64,000 bases of DNA, taken from contig OZ234493.1 of NCBI GenBank assembly GCA_965153455.1, positions 35,826,213 to 35,890,212 of the forward strand. Direction: 5' to 3'. The stretch's first letter is position 1. Each line of letters starts with the position of its first letter. The position numbers and the translations under genes are program-made. This stretch comes from Sphagnum compactum. Lineage: Eukaryota. The notes under the pieces are model-generated. The model had not been told where the DNA came from and made no database searches. It was given only the letters and a program-made list of their open reading frames with translations. Shown piece after piece: positions 1 through 15,500 of this stretch.

Positions 1-142
1 TTCATGTGAATCATCATCCATCATGTTTGGTAGGTACTCTTCTTCTTCTTCTTCTTCCTGCTCTGGAGAATCTGAAGATTCCTTGCAGGCAGGGGGTAAC
101 GAAATCAAAAGATGTGGCATTGTGGATTGTTTTCTTTTGCAG

Positions 143-3100
143 GTTTCAACAGATATTTTGGTGATACCAAAGGACAAGTCTGTGGAGTTTATTCAAATCA
201 GCTCACACCAACTTGCTGCAGCTGTGCGCACTGAAGCTCTTGCATGGTTACAAGCTATTGGTGATAGCATGTCCACTTTGGAGAAGGAGAGGGTGAAAGC
301 TCTTCATGACAAGATGGACCGCTGGTTCAAAGTTCTTCACCAGGTATCAAATCTCCCTGATTGCTTGCATCAGCGAAAGAAAATTTACCAATATCTGAGA
401 AAACTGCAGCATATACTGCAAGGTAGAAAAACATTCCCTTCTCTATTGAAAGCTCATGAATTCCCATTGTTAAAAATCATACTGTGACGTCTCTTGAGTG
501 GTAGCCAACATCATGACTGGATCGTTCCATTGCAACAGAAATGCACCCAGGAAATAAGATGTCCTTCATGATGATGAAAGGCAATTGATTGATCAATTGA
601 TCGATAGTCTAAAGTGTGACAAATTTTGTGTGTGGGGTTTTTTGCTATGGCTTTTGTTGCAGCCACCTGATTCACTGGAGAATCTGAAGATGGTGTTAAA
701 TGTTGTGGCAGAAGTTTTGAGCTCAGGCATGGTAGTGGAATTGGAGTGAGTGAGCAAGCGAGCATCACCTCATCACCCTTTTGAGTCCTCTCTTTCTCTC
801 CCTGTCTCTACTGTACTGAACTTCTTTCATATGCCACCCAAGTCCTGGTCCTGACATCTAATCCAGTTCCCACAGTGTAAACATCACTAGCGTTGCCCAC
901 CTAAACCCTAAACCCTTCAAACCACCACATTTTCCTTCTTCCATGGATGATGATTCAAGAGGGGAACCCCCTGAGGCTTCACCTGAAAAAACCACATCAT
1001 GCATGCATGAATCAGGTATTTGGAGCTGGAAGAGCGTATCAGAACTCGAGAGCTGTACAACCTACAAGAGCCAATGGAAGACAAGGCACGCACATTTCTT
1101 CTCCGACAACGGTAAAAAAAGAAAGATCTCCAAATTGCTTTTTTCCAAAGCACCCAATTCTTGAAATCTTCTGACTTGTGATTTGTAAGCATAAATTTAC
1201 AGTTCTTGTCATTTTTTCCATAGGTATTCAATAAGGATGTTATGACACAAATTATGTGCATTGATCACAACTTTCTCTGTGTCCAGTTTAGGTCAAGAGT
1301 CTCAACTTGTTGATCGATTGGGTTCTTCCTGTACAATGTTTTATTATAACAGTATAATAATTTTTTTTAGTGATGATCGAGGATCAGAAAGCCTGTAGAG
1401 TTGGACTCCATGAGGAACAAAACACACTGACGGCTGGCTGGGCATGACTACTAGTACTTGACTCCATGTTGAATCAATCAGGTGGGATGAGCTGGAGAAG
1501 GAAGCTTCTGCCTTGTCTTTATCTCTACAAACGACCAAAAAAAACTTTGTTGAAGTAACAGAGTCACAGGTTCAAGATTTTGTGAAGACCACAGTTGAGT
1601 TTCGAGACCGAATGAATGTGAAGGGACCCGTCAAGTGCACTGACCTTGACCTTGGTCTTCAGCTGCTGGTAGAATTCCAGGTAACTTCTTCACCTACCTG
1701 AAAAACACCCTTTTTGGGACTTTGCTGAGTGCTGAATCTCAATCCCGTCCTCTTCTACCATCTGATATATATGCTACCTTCATCCCTGCTTGGGGAAGAG
1801 TTCAAGTGTGGTAGGCTAGCTTGGGTGTAGGAGCTTTCATCACCAACATTTCAAACATACATGCATACATACATATGTATGTATGTTTACTTGTATTTTC
1901 TTTTTGTTTAGGAAGACTAGCACATCAACTGAGATCTGAAACCTGAAAAAGTGGGATTTGTCTGTGACAGGCTGAGTTTGAGATAATGCAAAAGACCAAA
2001 GACCAACTTGTGCTTGCGCAGAAGCTGTTTGATATGCCTGTGACGCCTTACCCTGCACTTTTTGAGGTAGAATACATTGTCTTTTGAACTTGATGATTTT
2101 TTGAACGAAAGGAAATACTCATGAGGTTTTAGTGTGTGCAATAAATGCATAATACCCAAATGGCGGAAGTTCAGCAGCTTGCATACATGAGAGTTCATGA
2201 GCTAGCTACGTATGTGACAACGGATGCGCCTTGGGAGAGTGTGTTTTGATTTTTATGTATCGCTTTGAGAATTTTCTATGTCACTGATGAGTGTGAATTC
2301 TTTTTCATTTTTTTCCCTATAAATTAATTGCAATTTGTTTTTTTTTGTTGCAGGTGGAAACTGCATTGAAAGGTTGTTCCTTGATTTATGATGTTTATGC
2401 AGCGTTTGCAGCTGCTGTCACAACAGCCTCTGCTACGTTATGGGCAGAACTAGACATTAACAAACTCATGGAACTAACAGATGAATTCGCTCTTCGTATG
2501 AAGAAAATGAAGGCTCTCAAGGCTCAAATTACTTACATTAACTTGGAGGCTAAATTGAAGGGATTCCAGGACTCGCTTCCCTTATTCCAGGTTAGTAGCT
2601 CAAACCCCCCCCCCCCAAAATAAATAAATTATGATCTGTCGTTAATTACACAGGATTGGACTATATGATCTTAATTACCCATTTAATAGATGGTGCATAA
2701 TATTATGTCAAGCAAAAACTCAGATCCATTATGATTGTTTTTTTTGGCACTTGGACAAAGAATTGCAAAATGGCTTGAAACAGTTGTGTTGAAGGTTTTG
2801 TGGTGTAGAACAACTTCCGGATTATAATTGCAGCACAAGTTTGTCATTAGAATTTTGTGCATAGTACTATCTGAATTCACGACCAGCATCAATCTCTCAA
2901 TGTTTGCAAATCTTTTTTTGTGCAGGATCTGAAAAGTGAGGCATTGCGCAAAAGGCACTGGGATAAGCTGATGCAAGAAACCGGGAAGTCGTTCGAAATG
3001 GATCCCAAAACTTTCACCCTTGCAAATGTATTCAAAATGGAGCTCCATAACTTTGCTGCACAGATTGGGTACGTAATTTACATGTTCAGATCATCCTAAT

Positions 3101-6100
3101 TTTCTCCCAAGTATACTTGTAAGAATCCTGAGTGTCTCTAGACCGTGGGGAAATTCATTTATGATTGGTGGGTGGAGGTTTGCTTGTTCTGATTTTGATC
3201 ATTTAAAAAAAATAAAAATTATTTGATATGGGGTGGTGTTGGATGCAGTGAGATAACAAATGCAGCGACAAAGGAGTTGAATATTGAGTCCGAGCTGAAG
3301 AATGTAGCGGATGTTTGGAGAGTGCAGGAGTTTGAGATTGCAAAGTATGTCAAGGATGGTGTAGACAAAGGATGGGTGTTGCGCACAACGGAACAGATCA
3401 CATTTCTGGTTGAAGAGATGACATTGAATTTGCAAGGCATGACAAGCTCTCGCTTTGTTCGTGCCTTCCTTGACGAAGTGAACTCATGGGCCTTCAAATT
3501 GGGCCTTATTGGAGAGGTCATGGATATATGGATGCAAGTATGTACAATACCCATATGAATGTTTTTCTTTCTATGTACACCATGTTATGTATTCCGTTTC
3601 TTTCTTATTCTCATGATTGTGCATTCGAAATTTTGGACATCATCCCTGCAATCATTGTTATAGTCCAATGTCCTGCCACCGGATGATTGTGTCTGAAAAT
3701 CCTTCTTATTCATTCAGAGGACTTCACACATCATGGCTGGCATGAATTTTTCACTTGATTACATAGGTGCAACGCAAGTGGATGTATCTTGAAAGCATAT
3801 TTGGATCCGATGATATACGACATCAACTCCCTGACGAAGCCAAACGCTTTGACAACATTGATAAGAACTGGAAAAAAATCATGGCAGATACGGCCAAAAA
3901 TCCTAACATCGTTGCAGCATGTAGCTCTGATGGACGCCTTGATACTTTGAATATGCTTTTTAACCAGCTTGAAAACTGCCAGAAGAGCTTGAGCGAGTAA
4001 GACAAAGAAAGAACATTTGGAGACTTGATGCTATTTATCAAAATTCTGCATGTGCATTTGATTGAATTTTGGAGGTTTGTGATTGGTGGGTTGCTTGCAA
4101 GATTAGAGTTTTGAACTCATTTGCGTGCCAAAGAATTGCAATTTTAATTTTACGGGATGAATTTCTGGGGGGCAGGTACTTGGACACAAAGAGGAACGCA
4201 TTTCCTCGGTTTTTCTTCATTTCTGATGATGAGCTGCTATCAGTTTTGGGGACATCAGACCCTACATCGATACAAGAACATATGCTGAAGCTTTTTGACA
4301 ATTGTGCTGCACTGAAGTTTGGGGACAAGAACAAGACCGTGGTGGGGATGAGATCATCAGAGGGTGAGACGTATGGATTCCGCCTCAAAGTCTCCACAGA
4401 GTGGCCTGTGGAAGTGTGGATGAAGTCAGTGGAAGGAGAGATGCATCATTCTCTCTTTGAGATTATGAAGGAGGGAGTGTACTACTATGCAAAATCAATT
4501 CGTACCGAATGGATTACCGAAAACCTCGGCATGGTCACCTTGGTAAGTTAAGTCAACTTTCTTTTGGTGAACAATGGAGATGTTTGGGTGAGGGTTTAGG
4601 GTTTAGTGTTCCCATGGATGATCCTATATGGTCAATATATTCATGAATTTGGTTGATCAAAGTTGAAGTACACTGTGATTTTGGAGCGAGTCAGTCTTGA
4701 TTTTAGTGACCTTGATTGTAAAATATGGGCCCTCTAGATAGACATCCCTAAACCCGAAACCCAAAAACCTGAGCTAGACAATCTGACAAACAAGGAGAAT
4801 TGTATGGTGAGCATGTGCAGGCTGGAAGCACAATATGGTGGACATGGGAGGTGGAGGATGCATTTAGCTCTGTACGCCTTGGAGACAAAAACGCCATGAA
4901 AACTTTCAGTGTAAAACTAACAAAGCAGTTGAATGATCTTGTCACCATAGTCCGCTCCGATCTTAATAATTTGCAGAGGAAAAAGGTACACAAAGAAAAC
5001 ACACCCTCAATATTGTGATTCTAGTCCCTACAATTTAAAGTTCTTTCCCGCAATTTGGGCTGGCTCTGATTTGAACCAATGCAAATGGGGGGCATGAACG
5101 CAACACCCATTTTGACTGTTTTTATCAAGCTCTGAATTGACTTGTGCCTTGCTCCTAGACTGATTGATAGATGATGGTCTCATGAAATGTCTTATACTAG
5201 GTGAATGCTCTTATCATTATCGAAGTGCATGCAAGAGATATCATTGATACTTTTGTACGGGATAGTATCTTGGATCATCGGGAATTTGCTTGGGAGAGTC
5301 AACTTCGTTTCTATTGGGATCGAAAAGCTGATGATGCTCTCATCAGGTGTAGTATTGTTTTTTTTGCTCCTCAATCCTGCTGGCCCGGAGCTCACAATGT
5401 GGTCATGTAAATAATAAATAATAAATTTGTTGATTATCCCATGATGGAAAATGCATCCATCATGTGGGTACACTATTGTTGTATGCAGGCAATGCACAGG
5501 AGAATTCCGATATGGGTACGAATACATGGGTTTGAATGGGCGACTTGTCATCACTGCTTTGACAGATCGATGTTACATGACCATCACCACTGCGCTCACG
5601 TACCGCCTTGGTGGAGCTCCTGCTGGACCCGCAGGGACTGGCAAGACTGAAACTGTTAAAGATCTTGCCAAATGCATGGCCTTACTTTGTGTTGTTTTCA
5701 ATTGTGGAGACGGCCTTGACTACAAGGTGGAAATGTATTTTTTTGTGGCAGTTGAATCAACTGCCACCTTTTTGTAATCAAATTAGCATATTAATATGTT
5801 GTATGCTTCATTTTATTAGATGCGCAACATCATGCAAGGACTTGGGTGATGATCTGGATTTAATCACAAAACTTGATAGTAGAGTTCACGGCTGCAAATT
5901 GTCTCTATGTGTGTGTGTTCTCCAGGCAATGGGATCAATCTTCTCAGGGCTTGTCCAGTGTGGAGCATGGGGTTGTTTCGATGAGTTTAACCGAATTGAT
6001 GCGGAGGTGCTGTCTGTTGTGTCATCACAAATTAAGCAAATCCAGGTAAATATTTATTAACCAACAATAATTGCACGAGTCTCTGATGATGATGATGATG

Positions 6101-6542
6101 ATGAACAATCTGTTGCTGCACACATTGAGTCTGATGATCTTGAGTCATGATTTGATGTTTAATGATTTTTTTTTTCTTTCTAGGAAAAAAAAATTTTGTT
6201 GAGAAATTTTATGACCTTGGTCAAAAATATTTGTGCTCATGGACATGACGGGTATGTGCCAAACATGGTAGGAGGCCATGAAAAATAATTTGAAGAAGTT
6301 CACATTTGAAGGCAAAGAGATTGCACTGGATGCCAGGACTGGAATCTTCATCACCATGAACCCTGGATATGCTGGCAGGACAGAGCTACCTGACAACTTG
6401 AAGGCTCTCTTTCGTCCTGTGACCATGATTGTTCCCGATCTACAACAAATCTGTGAAATTATGTTGTTCTCTGAAGGGTTGATCATTACCCACTTCATAC
6501 ACTCTCTTCTTCCTAAAACTTACTGTTGGGTTGTCATGCGTG

Positions 6543-6588
<46 letters not shown>

Positions 6589-9500
6589 TGCAGTAGTAGG
6601 GGGGTGTACAAATGGATTGGGGCAGGTTTGAGACAGCCAAGTTATTAGCCAAGAAGATGACAGTGTTGTACAAACTCTCACGTGAGCAACTGTCCAAACA
6701 ATACCACTACGACTTTGGACTACGGGCTCTTAAATCAGTGTTGGTTATGGCTGGTGCATTTAAACGTGGAGACCCAAACATGAGTGAACAACTCGTGCTC
6801 ATGAGGGCTTTGCGTGACATGAATTTGCCCAAATTCATCTTCGAGGATGTGCCACTCTTCTTGGGTCTCATCAATGATCTGTTTCCCGGAATGGATTGCC
6901 CACGTGTTCGATATCCTCAATTCAATGATGTGGTTGAGAATGATCTAGAGGTGTGTATGGTATCTATATACATAACCCTACACACTAAAGCATGGTATTC
7001 TTGCTCTTGTTTGTTCCAAGTCAACTATATAGAGGCAGAATTAATAATATGAGGACATCATGTTCATGATCTGAATTTTGCTGAATAATTTTACCAGGAA
7101 AATGGGTTTTTGGTGATGACGGCGCCTACAGACCAAGTGGACAAGGTGATCCAGCTGTATGAGACCATGCTCACACGCCACACAACTATGGTGGTGGGTC
7201 CTACAGGTGGAGGCAAGAGTGTCATCTTGAACACTCTTGCTCGATCTCAAACAAAGATGGAGTTTCCAACCAAACTCTTTGTTATCAATCCCAAGGCTCA
7301 ACCCACAAGCGAGCTCTATGGACTTATGGGTATGTATAGTATGAGTTCTAGATCATGTACTTAATTCGGGCCAGAAACGAGGGGATTATTTGTCAAGAAT
7401 GAATTTGAAGTTTTGTAAAGCACCTGCAAATGGTTCTTGAAAAAAAAAAATTGCAAGTGCTCAATGCATGCCCTTTGCAAGAGTGTAAATTTTTCTCCCA
7501 GTTTCATAATTAGCTTCAGACATGTATGTGGTGGTGGGTGGGCTTGTGATTTGCAGATCCTGATACTCGTGATTGGACGGATGGACTGTTGTCCTGCATC
7601 TTTCGTGAGATTAATAAGCCACTTCCTCCAGACCGGGAAAATGAGAGGTAACCAAATGACTTGGTATCTCCTGAGCCTGCTTGTAATTTTGATGAAGACT
7701 TCCTTAGTGCTGCAAAATTCCTGATGAAGATGATGATGATGGTGATGTTCTTGACATCACATTGAACTCAAAATCATAATTGTGTGAGAGTTGTTGTTTG
7801 ACACCGTCCTGGGCGACTAAATGTGATTTTTTCCTTATGCAAGGTATTATCTTGTGTTCGATGGAGATGTGGATGCATTGTGGGTAGAGGATATGAACAG
7901 CGTTATGGATGACAACAAGCTACTAACTCTTCCCAATGGAGAGCGCATCCGCGTTCAAAACCACTGCAAATTATTATTCGAGGTAGATCATACACTTCTC
8001 GTCTCACACACTTCCCCCATATATATATATATATATTTATATGATCTAGTCTATTAACCTAGTACCTATATCGTTGAAATTCATGGATCTGAATGCATTG
8101 ATTGTTGCAAAACCCAGGTTTTTGATCTGCAATATGCTTCTCCAGCTACTGTCAGCCGATGTGGTATGGTGTTTGTTGATTCAAAAAACTTGGGTTATGA
8201 TCCATTCATATGGAAGTGGTGCAACTCTAGGACCAGGTTAATAAATCTTTTGCAACAAGACTAACCCCCCCCCATATTTTTTATGTTCTGGCTGTGGAAT
8301 ATAAAAAAATGCATCATGTTGTTCCAAGTCATACATAATATGCTACAAGTGTTGAGATTTATTGCACTCTGATGTAAATTTTCTGCTATTGCCACATGTT
8401 GCCCTTTTCTGTAAAGTTACAAGAGACATGGAATGTGACTAGAGAAATTATAGTGGGTTGTTGATTTTCTGACTTTGATTGATGTTGGAAAACAACTTGG
8501 GTCTTGATGATTGATGTACATGATCATGCAGGCCAGATGAGAAAGAGCTGCTGAGAGAGTTTTTTGCAAAGTATGCAAAGAAGTGTATTGATTTTGTACT
8601 AGAAGGATTGGAAGATGATGTGATCACAAAACCCTTGATGCAAACCATCCCTTTGACTAATCTGAACATGGCAACACAGCTGTGTAAAATGCTGCAAGTC
8701 ATCTTGACAGATGAGTTGGAGATCAAGAACCCACAGGTGGGTGGGTGGGTTGTGGGTTTAGGGTTAGGAATTCATGAACAAACTCACAAAATTATATATC
8801 TTTTAAAAGATTTATTTAGTTATTTATGGATTCATGTTTATGTTTATATTTATAGTGCCAAGTTGAAACAATTTCTTGGGTGAAAATGATTCAACTGTAA
8901 AAGAGTAGATCTATCATCTGTGACAGGTGAAATGTGTGCCAGCCAGCAGCACGACTTTTTACTTACCTTTGAGCTTGATTGCCTGCATGTACATTGTATG
9001 ATCATCAGGCATTGGAGGCATTGTTCATATTCTTGGTGATTTGGTCAATTGGTGGTAGCATAGTACAAACCACAGTTGTGAAGGATCGCGATCGGTTTGA
9101 CAAGTTTGTGAAAGGGATTGCTGCGCTTGGGAGCAGTCCAAATGACCCAATACCCCCAAATCAACTGCCTGTTGACACCTTGTATGAATTTTGTTTTGAT
9201 ATCGAAAACCTGCAATGGCGCTCGTGGAAGTCTCTGGTCCCGCTTTATGTGGTAAATACATTGGCTCATCAACTTCCCAAACTCATGCCATGATATCAAA
9301 TTACTCCATGTGGTAGATCTAAACTCCACTTTATAGTTAAAGATCTGTTGGACATCTCAAATCCTTCCTTACACATACAGCAGTGATTGTGCATAATGAT
9401 GCCAATGCTCATGTACAAATTGAGCTGCAAATTTGAATCTTCACATGGGATTCATCAATTGATCACTCTTGATCCTTCTTTAGTGCAAGAAGAAAGAGAC

Positions 9501-12500
9501 TGTAAACCAACCTTCTGCAAATTTTGTGTTGTGCTTTTGTTTTCGCAGCCACCACCTGATGGGTTGTTCAGTAAAATTCTGGTTCCAACCATTGATACTT
9601 ATCGGTCAACTTGGCTTCTCAACATTTTGGCAAAGGTACCAAGATGATCTCCATTTTTCTTTCTGGACAGAGGGGTGCGTGCAAAATCCCAGGTGTAGAT
9701 TATCTTCTAACAAATTACTGCTCTTTAGAGTCATAGAGCAAAACTACAATTTCCATTTGATTTTACTACAGTTGAAAAATTAAATTAGGGGTTTTTTACT
9801 AACAGTGTGCAAGTGCATATTGTGTTTTGTGCAGTTTGGTAGAGCAGTGCTGTTTGTGGGAGAAAGTGGAACAGCCAAAACTGTGATCATACAGAAATAC
9901 TTCAGCACCTTGGATGTCAACAACTACCTGGTTTTGAACATGAACTTCAGTTCCCGAACTACGTCTTTGGATGTCCAGCATTCAGTTGAGGATTCTGTGG
10001 AGAAGAAAACCAAGGTATATATATATACCAGTCAAAAATCAGTCTTGGACCCAATACTAGGACTAGGCTGATACAAGAAATTTTGGGTGGGGGGTTTTTT
10101 TTCAAAGAAAGTTATTTCGGGGTTGGTGTGTGTAGGATACATATGGTCCTCCACTGGGAAGGAAGATGATCATGTTTATTGATGACATGAACATGCCGAG
10201 AGTTGATACATATGGAACACAACAACCGATTGCAATGCTGAAGCTTCTGGTTGAGCGCGGAGGAATCTATGACAGAGGGTAGGTCCAACTGACAGAATAA
10301 ATATTGTAGATCTGATGATGCTGATGCTTCTCTTGACATCTCTTATGAATTTATTATATCCAGATTCATAACAATTGTTATTACTCTGCAGCAAATTACA
10401 TCTAGATAGCAGAAATCCATAGGCCATGACTTAGAAGCTCCTTTTGGGTCTGGGTGATGGAATGGGTGGGGATGGATTTGGTTTAGGAAGGATCTCAACT
10501 GGAAGAACATCAAGGATGTGCAATTTGTGGGTGCAATGGGACGACCTGGTGGTGCAAGGAATCCCGTAGATCCCAGATTCATCACTCTCTTCTCGGTGTT
10601 TGAAATTCAATTCCCGTCAGACAACTCTCTGTCTCACATCTATAGTGCAATACTTGATGGACATCTTCAAAAGCTTTCCAAGGATGTTCAGGTCAATACA
10701 TAATCCTCCTCCTCCTCCTCATCATCTGAGCTACATGATAATTCTTCAGTTCTCAAAAACTCCTTTTGATCAATGCACTATTTCATTATTCAAACTCTAA
10801 TTCTATCATAGTGGATTTGTTGCAATCAATGGGCTTCTTGATTTTGTATCACAACTGGTAAGCAATGCATTTGAATTTGGTTTTTTTTTTCCATCTGATT
10901 TCAACCATGTGATTGATAATCTGTTGTTGATGATCCCCATGGACGGCAGGACCTGACAACTCCAATAACATCAGCAACTCTGATTCTCTACAACTATGTG
11001 ATTGAAAAACTACCACCAACTCCTTCTAGGTTCCACTATATTTTCAACTTGCGTGATTTGAGCCGCATCTATGAGGGTCTAACAATGTCAACCATTGACA
11101 AGATGAAGACGATGGGTCAATTGTTGCGGTTATGGCACAATGAGTGTTTACGAATCTTCTATGACCGTCTTATCAATGACCATGACAAGGACATTGTGCA
11201 GGTTGAATTTCAAAACTCCAAAAAAATCTGTACATGTAAATTTATATATATACAACATAATATTATATTTCAATCCAAATTTTTCTAACATAATACATAC
11301 AATGTGTTCCTGATTCATTTTGAAGAGTGGAATTGCAACTTATATTTAAGGTTTTTAGATTAAACCTGAGGAATTAGGTGATGGGTTTTACTCCCTCTAG
11401 TGGATCAAATACTCTTGGAGACATGTGAATTTACATTCTTATGTTGGGACTTTTTGTGTGTGAGAGTCTACAGACGCGGATTCGAGATCTTGTTCAGGAA
11501 AAGTTTGCAACAGTAGCAGAAGAAGTCATGCAACTACCCATCCTTTTTGGTGACTACAGAAATGTCCTAAAACCAACAGTCCCAAGACTTTATGAAGATT
11601 TGGGAGATTTTGGATTTGTAAGGCCTTTGTTTGAGGAAATTCTGGAGGAATACTGTCTTGTCAACAAAGCCATGAACTTAGTCATGTTCAAAGATGCTTT
11701 GGAGCACCTTACCCGTGTACATCGCATCATGCGCATACCTCAGGTACATGAGATCTATCTATGATTCTTCTTCTTTCTTGTCAAGTAATTTCTAAAGAAT
11801 TAGTGCCCATCATACCCAAGAATAAATAATTATTCAAGAAGCAAACCCAATCCCAAGAAAAAGAAATCCTTTTCTATTGAGAGGCTGCAAATTTGTTGAT
11901 TCTTAAAAAAAAATTGTTGATGTATGACAGGGGAATGCACTCCTTGTGGGAGTAGGAGGAAGTGGGAAAAAAAGTTTATCCAAGCTTGGAGCTTTTGCAG
12001 CGGGATGTGTGATATTTGAGATAACATTAACACGAGGCTACAATGAAGAATCTTTTCGGGAAGATCTCAAAGTGCTGTACACGAAATTGGGTGTGGAAAA
12101 CAAAGCTGTTGTCTTTATGTTCACCGATGCCCATGTTGCAGATGAAGGCTTTCTTGAGCTCATCAACAACATGCTCACGTCTGGCATGGTACCCGCCCTT
12201 TTCAAAGAGGACGAAAAGGAAGGCATGATCAGTCAGGTCAGAAAAACTATTGATGATGGTAGATCACAGAATTGATATGCAAAAACTCTGCTCAATTACT
12301 ATGTGAAAAACTCCACCTAATTTGATTTCTGTGTCAAACTGTAATGGCATGGAAACACTTGATAGCTTTGTCCCAAGGTCATGGAGACATGCAAATATGT
12401 GGGGTTTGAATATTTTACAAAATCCAAGTTTTCTCACCTATTAAGTTTGCTCTTCAGTTACTATTTCATAGTCCTACTTCTTCACGATGTTGCATATGTT

Positions 12501-15500
12501 GTTGTTGTTGGGTTAGGAATTTTTTTATTACATATAAATTTTTCTGTATAGTGCAGGTGAGGGATGCGGTGGTGGCAGCTGGGTTAGTAGACACAAAGGA
12601 GAATTGCTGGAGTTATTTTATTCTTCGATGCCGGAGCAACCTCCACATAACTCTAGCAATGTCTCCAGTTGGTGAGACTCTCAGGACGCGCTGCCGCAAC
12701 TTTCCAGGCCTGGTGAGTACTGGAGGCTTAGTAGATCTTTGTCATAGGCTCAAGGAATTCACAAACATTTGTGGTTTGTACTTCCCAAACTTTGAGTTTT
12801 TGCTTTGAAATACTTGAAAGACAGGCAATTTTCATTGTGTTTTTGTCAGGTGAATAATTGTGTGATTGACTGGCTTACTCCGTGGCCAGAAGAAGCACTT
12901 CTCTCTGTGTGCACAGTGTTCTTAGCAGACATGGATATCCAGGAAGATTTGAGGCCCCTCATTTTAGACCATATTGTGATGGTGCATATGTCAGTGTGCA
13001 ATTTGAGCATCAAGTTCACACAGCAGACGCAACGCACCAACTATGTCACACCCAAGAACTTCCTTGATTACATCCTGACTTACCGGACATCTTTGAAAAC
13101 CAAACGCATCCAAAATGCTGAGCAAGCTAAGAGACTCGATGGTGGATTGCAAAAACTTATTCAAGCAAAAGTGGAAGTTTCAGCATTGCAGGTAGTATTA
13201 TTTATTTATATATTTATATATTTATTTGGCTGCTAACCCAACAGTGATCTGATCTAAATTATTAAGCTAAGTTCTTAATTACTGCCTAATATCTGTTTGT
13301 GGGTGGGTTCAGATCACATTGGCAGAAGCCAAAATTGTGGTGGACGCTAAGACAAAACAATGTAATGAGCTTATCGATGTTATCAGGTACTAATCCCAAC
13401 AATGGGTGTCATGCTTTAAACTTTTTTTTGTTATGTGCTTAATTAATTAATTAAATGCAATTAGTGCTCTCCTCTTCCTACAACCATCAGTGTTTTTGCA
13501 AACTTACGTGAATAGTACATTGTTGCTGGATTTTTATTATTACTTGATCATTATTACTTTTGTTTTTGGGTATGTTTTTTTCTTGGCAGCACAAATACAG
13601 CAACTGTAGTGAGCAAGCAAACCATAGCTCAAGAGAAGCAAATTGATCTGTCTGCACAAAGTGAGGTGATCACCCGTGAGAAAGCTGAAGCCGAAATTGC
13701 TTTGGCTGATGCTATCCCAGCTCTCGAAGCAGCAGCAGAAGCTCTCAATAGTTTGAAGAAGGATGACATTACTGAAATCCGCTCCTTTGCAAAGCCCAAC
13801 ATATATGTCCAAAAGGTAAACCAGTTCATGAATTTCCCCCTGAAATGACACCAATAGAATATCAACAGCAGGTGCAAGCTAGGGTTTAAGCAGGATATCT
13901 AAAATGACCCGCAGGTTCCTCGTTGTCTTCAGTTAAGTAGTCATGAAAAATGGACTGATTGGCTGATGTGGCAAACTTGGAGGATTGGTCAAGAATTTTA
14001 ATTGCACACACCCTAAACCCTAACAGCTCATAGATATATGTCTCTTTCTCCCCCCCACCAGGTGACAGAGTGCGTTTGTATTCTTAAGCGAGTACCAGAT
14101 GTGTCCTGGAAGGGTGCAAAGGGGATGATGGCAGACAGCAGCTTTTTGAAGGGTTTGATTGAGTTTGAGAAAGACGCCATCACAGAGAAACAGGTACTAT
14201 AAAAAATGTTTGAAATGCTGTAAAATTTCTCTACACCCTAGATCTTATTTTATTATTTTACTTTTTTGTGAATAATGTTTTGCCTTTTGATTACTACTTA
14301 AAACACATCTTCTTTGGTGTTCACCTTTTTGTGTTTTACAACAAATTCCATTCACCACCCAGATGAAAGCTCTGCGGGAATACTTCAAAGACCCAAATAT
14401 GTCATTGGAAAATATAATGACAATATCTATAGCTGGAGCGGGTTTGCTGCGATGGGTGATTGCTATGATGAACTATTATGGTATTCTCAAAATCGTGGCA
14501 CCGAAGCGAAATGCAGTAGCTGCTGCTGAGAAGATGCTGAACACAGCACAAAATGAGCTGGAGAGAATACAAGCTGAGGTGTACACCCATGGAATTTGTC
14601 TAAAACCCATGAAAATTGAATCTGTAGATTCCTTAATTTCCAACCAACTTTGCTGAATGTCAAAGTGGGTCAATCAATTTTATGTTTCTTCTTGTTCTCC
14701 AAATCCTTCAGAGAAATGACATTCATCAAACTACTATAATTTATATATATATATATGGTGGTGGATTTTGTGGATTCAGGTGGAAAACTTGTCAGCACAA
14801 CTGGGACATTTGAACAAGCAGTTTGAGACAAACACAGCAGAGCAGATTGAGTTGAAGACAAATGCTGATCTCATGGAGAAACGCTTAGATGCAGCTTCAC
14901 GCCTCATTGCTGGTTTGGGTTCAGAGCATGAAAGATGGTCTCGGGAACTCCAAGAACTGGCAATAGCACGTGTCAAATTGCTTGGAGATTGCTTGGTAGC
15001 TTCCAGCTTCCTCAGGTAGCTCTGGATTCATCACCATCCCTGTAATACATGCAGCCAGATTTCTGGAGCTCAAATTTTGTCTTGAAAAACACAATGCTCA
15101 TTTCAGGACTAAGTTGCTGCAATTTGAAAGTTTTCACTCATTTTGAACCAGTCGACACTTGTTTGATTTTTTTCTGTTGCAACAAAGTTGGTTTCTTTCA
15201 GTACCTTCATTGGGTATGAGTGGATTGGATGAACTTCCTCATTCATGAAATCAGTGAATCAGCTCTTGTGTATCAGTTTTGTTAGAATGCAGTTCCATTA
15301 AATTGCAGGTTTTGGATCCACATGTCCAAATGTGTAGAAAACCTGTTTTGACTTCTTTTTTAACATCATGGGGTGATGGGATCTTCATCTATGTGTGTGT
15401 GCGGCTGATGGTGGGGGTGGGTTGCAGCTATTGTGGAGCTTTTACAATTGAGTTCCGGAATGAGCTGATTAACAAAACTTGGCATGCAGACCTGGTGACA